A stretch of 64,000 nt of DNA from an uncultured Gammaproteobacteria bacterium (GTDB taxonomy: Bacteria; Patescibacteriota; Patescibacteriia; Patescibacteriales; UBA12465), in NCBI GenBank assembly GCA_964588435.1, contig CAZPPI010000002.1, forward strand, positions 3,542 to 67,541, written 5' to 3'. The position numbers and the translations under genes are program-made. The first letter of the stretch is position 1; every line of letters starts with the position of its first letter. Positions 60,483-64,000 of this stretch are shown here, piece by piece. The notes beneath the pieces were generated by a model that was not told the origin of the DNA, searched no databases, and saw nothing but the letters and a program-made list of their open reading frames with translations.

Positions 60483-61829
60483 ATGGCGGGAATGAAAAAA
60501 ATATTTTCTTGTACGAATTGTGGCGCCCAATCTCTGAAATGGAGTGGGCGCTGTTTGGAGTGTGGTTCTTGGGGAACTTTAGTTGAGGAATTACTAGATG
60601 ATAAGGAAGTGAAAAGAGAGGCATTAAAAAAGATTGCTGGCGCTGAGATGATTTCTCTTGGTTCCTTAAAGCAGGAAAAATTAACTCGTTTTAAAACTAA
60701 TATTTCTGAAATCGATAGAGTTTTGGGCGGAGGAATTGTTCCCGGTTCTTTAATTCTATTAAGCGGAGAGCCAGGAATTGGTAAATCAACTTTAGTCGCC
60801 CAGATTGCTTCCTTAGCTGGGGAAGGAGAGCTTACTGCTTATGTTAGCGGTGAGGAATCAGCTTTGCAGGTTCGTGATCGAATGGCGCGCTTAGAAGTTA
60901 ATTTCGAAAAAATTAAATTCATTTCTGAGACTAATGTGGAAAAAATCATTGCTGCTGTTTTAAAAGAAAAACCAGCAGTTTTAGTTGTTGATTCAATTCA
61001 AACAGTTTATTCCTCTTTAATTCCTTCTGAGGCGGGCGGGATTTCTCAAATTAGAACGGCGGCGGTTAAATTTTTAGAACTTGCTAAAGAAAATAATATT
61101 GCTGTCATTTTAATTGGCCACATAACTAAAGATGGCCAAGTTGCGGGTCCGAAGTCATTAGAGCATATAGTTGACACCGTCTTGTATCTTGAAAATGAGG
61201 CGGGAAGTAATCATTGTTTTTTAAGAGCAACAAAAAATCGTTTTGGTTCAGTTAATGAGCTTGGAGTTTTAGAAATGACAAGCAAAGGTTTTAAAGAAAT
61301 TAAAAATCCTGGAGCAATTTTTATTGAAACAGTTGGAGGTAATTTATCGGGTTCGGTTGTTTCCTGTGTAATGGAGGGGAGTCGACCATTTTTAGTTGAT
61401 GTTCAGGCTTTAGTTTCAAAAACAGTTTTTGGTTATCCACAAAGGAAGGCGAGCGGCTTTGATTTAAATCGTTTAGCTGTTTTAAGTGCAGTTATTAGCA
61501 AGCGAACAAAAATTAATTTAACTGCTCAAGATATAATTTTAAATTTAGCGGGCGGTTTAAAAGCTTCTGATCCCGCTCTTGATTTAGCAGTTGCTGTCGC
61601 AATTATATCTTCTGTTAGTGATAAAAAAATTTTTCGTGAAACAATTGTTTTAGGAGAGATTGGTTTAGGCGGAGAAATTAGGCCGGTTAGTAAATTTGAG
61701 CAGAGAGTTAAGGAGGCGGAGCGGCTTGGTTTTAAAAAAGTTATTGCTCCAATGGTTAATATTAAAGATTCTAAATTAGAATTTTTAAGAGTAAAAAATT
61801 TGCAAGAGATAGTTGAGCTTATTAAATAA
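60483..61829 (+). CDS. radA: DNA repair protein RadA/Sms
   Basis: C4 zinc finger CTNCGAQSLKWSGRCLECGSWG, RecA-like Walker A GEPGIGKSTL, KNRFG motif, and a Lon-protease-like C-terminal domain. Start placed at ATG 60483. Confidence 0.9.
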   Translation: MAGMKKIFSCTNCGAQSLKWSGRCLECGSWGTLVEELLDDKEVKREALKKIAGAEMISLGSLKQEKLTRFKTNISEIDRVLGGGIVPGSLILLSGEPGIGKSTLVAQIASLAGEGELTAYVSGEESALQVRDRMARLEVNFEKIKFISETNVEKIIAAVLKEKPAVLVVDSIQTVYSSLIPSEAGGISQIRTAAVKFLELAKENNIAVILIGHITKDGQVAGPKSLEHIVDTVLYLENEAGSNHCFLRATKNRFGSVNELGVLEMTSKGFKEIKNPGAIFIETVGGNLSGSVVSCVMEGSRPFLVDVQALVSKTVFGYPQRKASGFDLNRLAVLSAVISKRTKINLTAQDIILNLAGGLKASDPALDLAVAVAIISSVSDKKIFRETIVLGEIGLGGEIRPVSKFEQRVKEAERLGFKKVIAPMVNIKDSKLEFLRVKNLQEIVELIK

Positions 61830-61842
61830 AGCCAATAAAAAT

Positions 61843-61874
61843 AAAAAAAACGAGCTTGGGAGCTCGTTTTATCG
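61843..61874 (+). terminator. Rho-independent terminator after radA
   Basis: aaaaaaaacgagct-tggg-agctcgtttt is a hairpin flanked by an A-run and a T-run, so it could act in both directions. Confidence 0.75.
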
Positions 61875-61925
61875 TCAAAATTCTTGACTTAGTTTTTATT
61901 GGTTGACCTAGTTTTTTGGTATTCA

Positions 61926-62240
61926 CTAGGCCACACATTTTTTTTCAGGCAGACGGTGGTGTTTTTGAAGTGGTGCAATTATTGCTAGAGCTTTTTTTTC
62001 TGCTTTTTTGTTCAGAAAAATAAGCTCGCTCACGGTTACTAACTTGGAAGTCCGGGAGGAATGTCCTGTAAATTTCCCCACGATTTGGTTCTGGTCGATG
62101 TCGAAATGAATTTCTTCAACTCTGCCTTGTTCTCCCTGGCGAGAACATGATATTCCTGATTTGCACATGTTTAAAATAGTTTTAAATTTACAATTTGGTT
62201 TATCTATTGGTTTCAAAAATCGTTTTGATCTCAAAGTCAC
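61926..62240 (-). CDS. hypothetical protein (104 aa) in compositionally atypical region
   Basis: The only ORF over 60 aa in a roughly 550-bp GC-richer stretch. No family recognised. It may be non-coding. Confidence 0.25.
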   Translation of the reverse strand: MTLRSKRFLKPIDKPNCKFKTILNMCKSGISCSRQGEQGRVEEIHFDIDQNQIVGKFTGHSSRTSKLVTVSELIFLNKKAEKKALAIIAPLQKHHRLPEKKCVA

Positions 62241-62434
62241 TTATTGAGTTTTATCCAATTTTTAAGTTTTTATTTAAGTTTTAAAGTTCGATTTTTTTTC
62301 TAAGTAGATAATATAATATTAAGTTTTTTAGTCCCTTTTGTCAATTAAAAATGGTAAAAATTATTAATGAGAACCATTAATGTCAACAAGGGGGGGCGCA
62401 AAAGTTTGTCTCCAACTAGCTACGACACTAGCTA

Positions 62435-62463
62435 TTGACATTTAATAAAAAGTATGCTATAAT
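62435..62463 (+). promoter_or_regulatory. consensus sigma70-type promoter (TTGACA-N17-TATAAT)
   Basis: Exact TTGACA (62435-62440), a 17-nt spacer, and exact TATAAT (62458-62463). It sits about 36 nt upstream of the ATG at 62500. Confidence 0.7.
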
Positions 62464-62499
62464 GTATTTAGCAAATGAACATTAACAAAATATAATATA

Positions 62500-62748
62500 A
62501 TGAAAAAGATGAAAGTTTTGAGTATCGTTGCGACCAAGGTTCTTCTTGTCATAACGGGGTTAATCTTCTTACTCGGACTGGCCGGATTAGCCGAGTCAGT
62601 TTCGTTAGGGTCTGTTCTTTGGGCAATCTTTTCGGTTGCCATAATTTTTTTGTCGCTAAAGGGCATTATCTGTCTGGTAAAAACAAAAAATTTCAAGACA
62701 ATCAATCGCCTTGAAGGCCCGAAAAGTCTTGGTGAGCCGATGGAATAA
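62500..62748 (+). CDS. small membrane protein (82 aa) with atypical codon usage
   Basis: Bracketed by the consensus promoter and a strong terminator. Two predicted TM helices. G/C-rich third codon positions, unlike the rest of the window. Confidence 0.5.
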   Translation: MKKMKVLSIVATKVLLVITGLIFLLGLAGLAESVSLGSVLWAIFSVAIIFLSLKGIICLVKTKNFKTINRLEGPKSLGEPME

Positions 62749-62771
62749 AGGACTAGCTGTCCTAAGTATTA

Positions 62772-62796
62772 AGGAGTCAAATGACTCCTTTTTTCT
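62772..62796 (+). terminator. Rho-independent terminator
   Basis: GGAGTC-aaat-GACTCC hairpin followed by TTTTTTC. A second small hairpin (aggac-tagct-gtcct) precedes it. Confidence 0.7.
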
Positions 62797-62812
62797 TTGT
62801 CAAAAACGCTTT

Positions 62813-64000
62813 TTATTCTAGGTGAAAATCTCTATCTAAAGCTCCGAGCTTGGCTTTGAGTAAGGGGTAATTTTTTAAATTCTCATCTTCTTTTAAAATT
62901 TTATAGGCGAAGTCGCGAGATTTTTTTATTGTCTCTAAGTCAAATAAAGCGAGAACGCTTAAATCAAAAAAGCCGCTTTGATAGGAACCAAAAATTTCGC
63001 CGCCACCTCTTAAGCTTAAATCAATTTTTGCTAAATCAAGACCGCGACTATATTTTTCTAAAGATTTTAATCGTTCAAGTGTTTTCTCATTTTTTATTTC
63101 ATCCTTGCTTGGAAAAAGAAAACAATATGACTCTAAGTCGCTCCTATTAACTCGACCCCGAAGTTGATGTAATTGTGCTAAACCAAAACGATCAGCGCCC
63201 TCAATTAATATAATAGTTGCATTAGGAATATCAATTCCAACCTCAATCACCGTTGTTGCCATTAAAATATCAATTTTTTTGGTCGCAAAGTCTGCCATGA
63301 TTTTTTCCTTTTCATCTTTTTTTAATTTGCCGTGGATTAAAGCAACTTTAAATTCTTTAAAATCAGCGGCGGCAATTTTTTCATATTCCTCTTGAGCCGA
63401 TTTAAAAGAAATTTTATCAGAGGCTTTAATTAGAGGATAGACAAAAAAAGCTTGGCGACCATTTTTAATTTCTTTTTTTATAAAGTCATAAATTTTCTCT
63501 CTTTCGTTTTCTTTACAAACTTTTGTTTTAGTTTTTTTTCTTCCAAGAGGAAGCTCGTCTATTAAGGATAAATCTAAGTCACCATAAATTGCTAAAGACA
63601 TAGAGCGGGGAATTGGAGTTGCCGTTAATGAGAGAAAATGAGGACTTGAATTTCCTTCTTTATTTAAGTCAATTATTTTTTTTCTCTGATTAACCCCGAA
63701 GCGATGTTGTTCATCAACAATAACTAAGCCTAGATTTTTTAAAACCGATTTTTCTTGAATTAAAGTTTGAGTGCCAATCACAAGATCTGCTTCTTCTGGA
63801 TTTCCTATTTTATAGGAGCGAGTTTTTAGGGCAATTTTAAAATTATAAGCTTCTAGAAGTTTGGAAATTGTTTTAAAGTGTTGTGCTGCTAAAATCTCAC
63901 TTGGGACCATTAGAGCCGCTTTCTTGGTGTTTAAAGCTGTATTTAACATCGCAATCACCGCGACCAAAGTTTTACCACTACCAACATCACCTTCTAATAA
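62813..64000 (-). CDS. recG: ATP-dependent DNA helicase RecG (5' end beyond window)
   Basis: Helicase motifs: DEQHRFG (motif II, DExH), LSLTATPIPRS (motif III), and the arginine finger QLRGRVNR. The window ends inside the ORF. Confidence 0.85.
   Translation of the reverse strand, partial: LLEGDVGSGKTLVAVIAMLNTALNTKKAALMVPSEILAAQHFKTISKLLEAYNFKIALKTRSYKIGNPEEADLVIGTQTLIQEKSVLKNLGLVIVDEQHRFGVNQRKKIIDLNKEGNSSPHFLSLTATPIPRSMSLAIYGDLDLSLIDELPLGRKKTKTKVCKENEREKIYDFIKKEIKNGRQAFFVYPLIKASDKISFKSAQEEYEKIAAADFKEFKVALIHGKLKKDEKEKIMADFATKKIDILMATTVIEVGIDIPNATIILIEGADRFGLAQLHQLRGRVNRSDLESYCFLFPSKDEIKNEKTLERLKSLEKYSRGLDLAKIDLSLRGGGEIFGSYQSGFFDLSVLALFDLETIKKSRDFAYKILKEDENLKNYPLLKAKLGALDRDFHLE

Noticed and set aside
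61876-62430. Possible RNase P RNA or tmRNA in the GC-richer non-coding stretch. The motif GGAAGUCCGGGAGGAA near 62048 resembles the RNase P P4 5' strand GGAAAGUCCGGGCUCC.
   Set aside because: No complementary P4 3' strand (ACAGAACCCGGC-like) appears downstream on either strand. No tRNA-like 3' end (GGUUCGAAUCC..CCA) for tmRNA was found. The resemblance is too partial to call.
62457-62705. 82-aa ORF on the minus strand overlapping the small + strand ORF.
   Set aside because: The consensus promoter and terminator are oriented for the + strand ORF at 62500-62748. The antisense ORF is most likely a shadow ORF.
1-64000. CRISPR arrays, rRNA genes, IS/transposase or integrase genes.
   Set aside because: No direct-repeat/spacer periodicity, no rRNA-like conserved blocks and no transposase or integrase motifs were seen on either strand.

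Overview
This is an AT-rich (roughly 35% GC), densely packed bacterial chromosomal segment with almost no intergenic space, many Lys-rich proteins and weak or absent Shine-Dalgarno spacing. The style and gene content fit a reduced-genome Patescibacteria/CPR-like organism; that placement is inference, since no rRNA lies in the window.

Housekeeping backbone, in order:
- murD (partial) and polA
- tRNA-Ala(UGC)
- a LysM/M23 peptidase
- yebC and ruvC
- a glycogen cluster: glgA, a GH57 glucanase and an APH-fold kinase
- ftsK
- a murE-like ligase
- rpoB and rpoC
- murJ
- lepA
- recJ and rnhA
- a porG-porD-porA-porB pyruvate:ferredoxin oxidoreductase operon
- xth
- leuS
- rsmA
- radA
- recG (partial)

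Accessory content:
- An approximately 18.5 kb type IV secretion (T4SS)-like locus at 41.9-60.5 kb. It holds a Ca-binding thrombospondin-type-3-repeat (TSP3)-like secreted protein, a 2782-aa Cys-rich surface giant with CBM4/9-like modules, a VirB6/TrbL-like protein, a VirB3-like protein, and a VirB4 ATPase split by one in-frame TAA. It also holds two unknown cytoplasmic proteins and a VirB8-positioned membrane-anchored protein. No VirD4 or relaxase is in the window.
- Two paralogous Cys-rich membrane-hairpin proteins (VirB2/TrbC-like topology) inserted inside the por operon, next to a CxxS DsbA-like oxidoreductase.
- A compositionally anomalous 0.9 kb stretch at 61.9-62.8 kb with a textbook sigma70 promoter, a small ORF and a terminator.

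No CRISPR, rRNA, transposase or integrase was seen.
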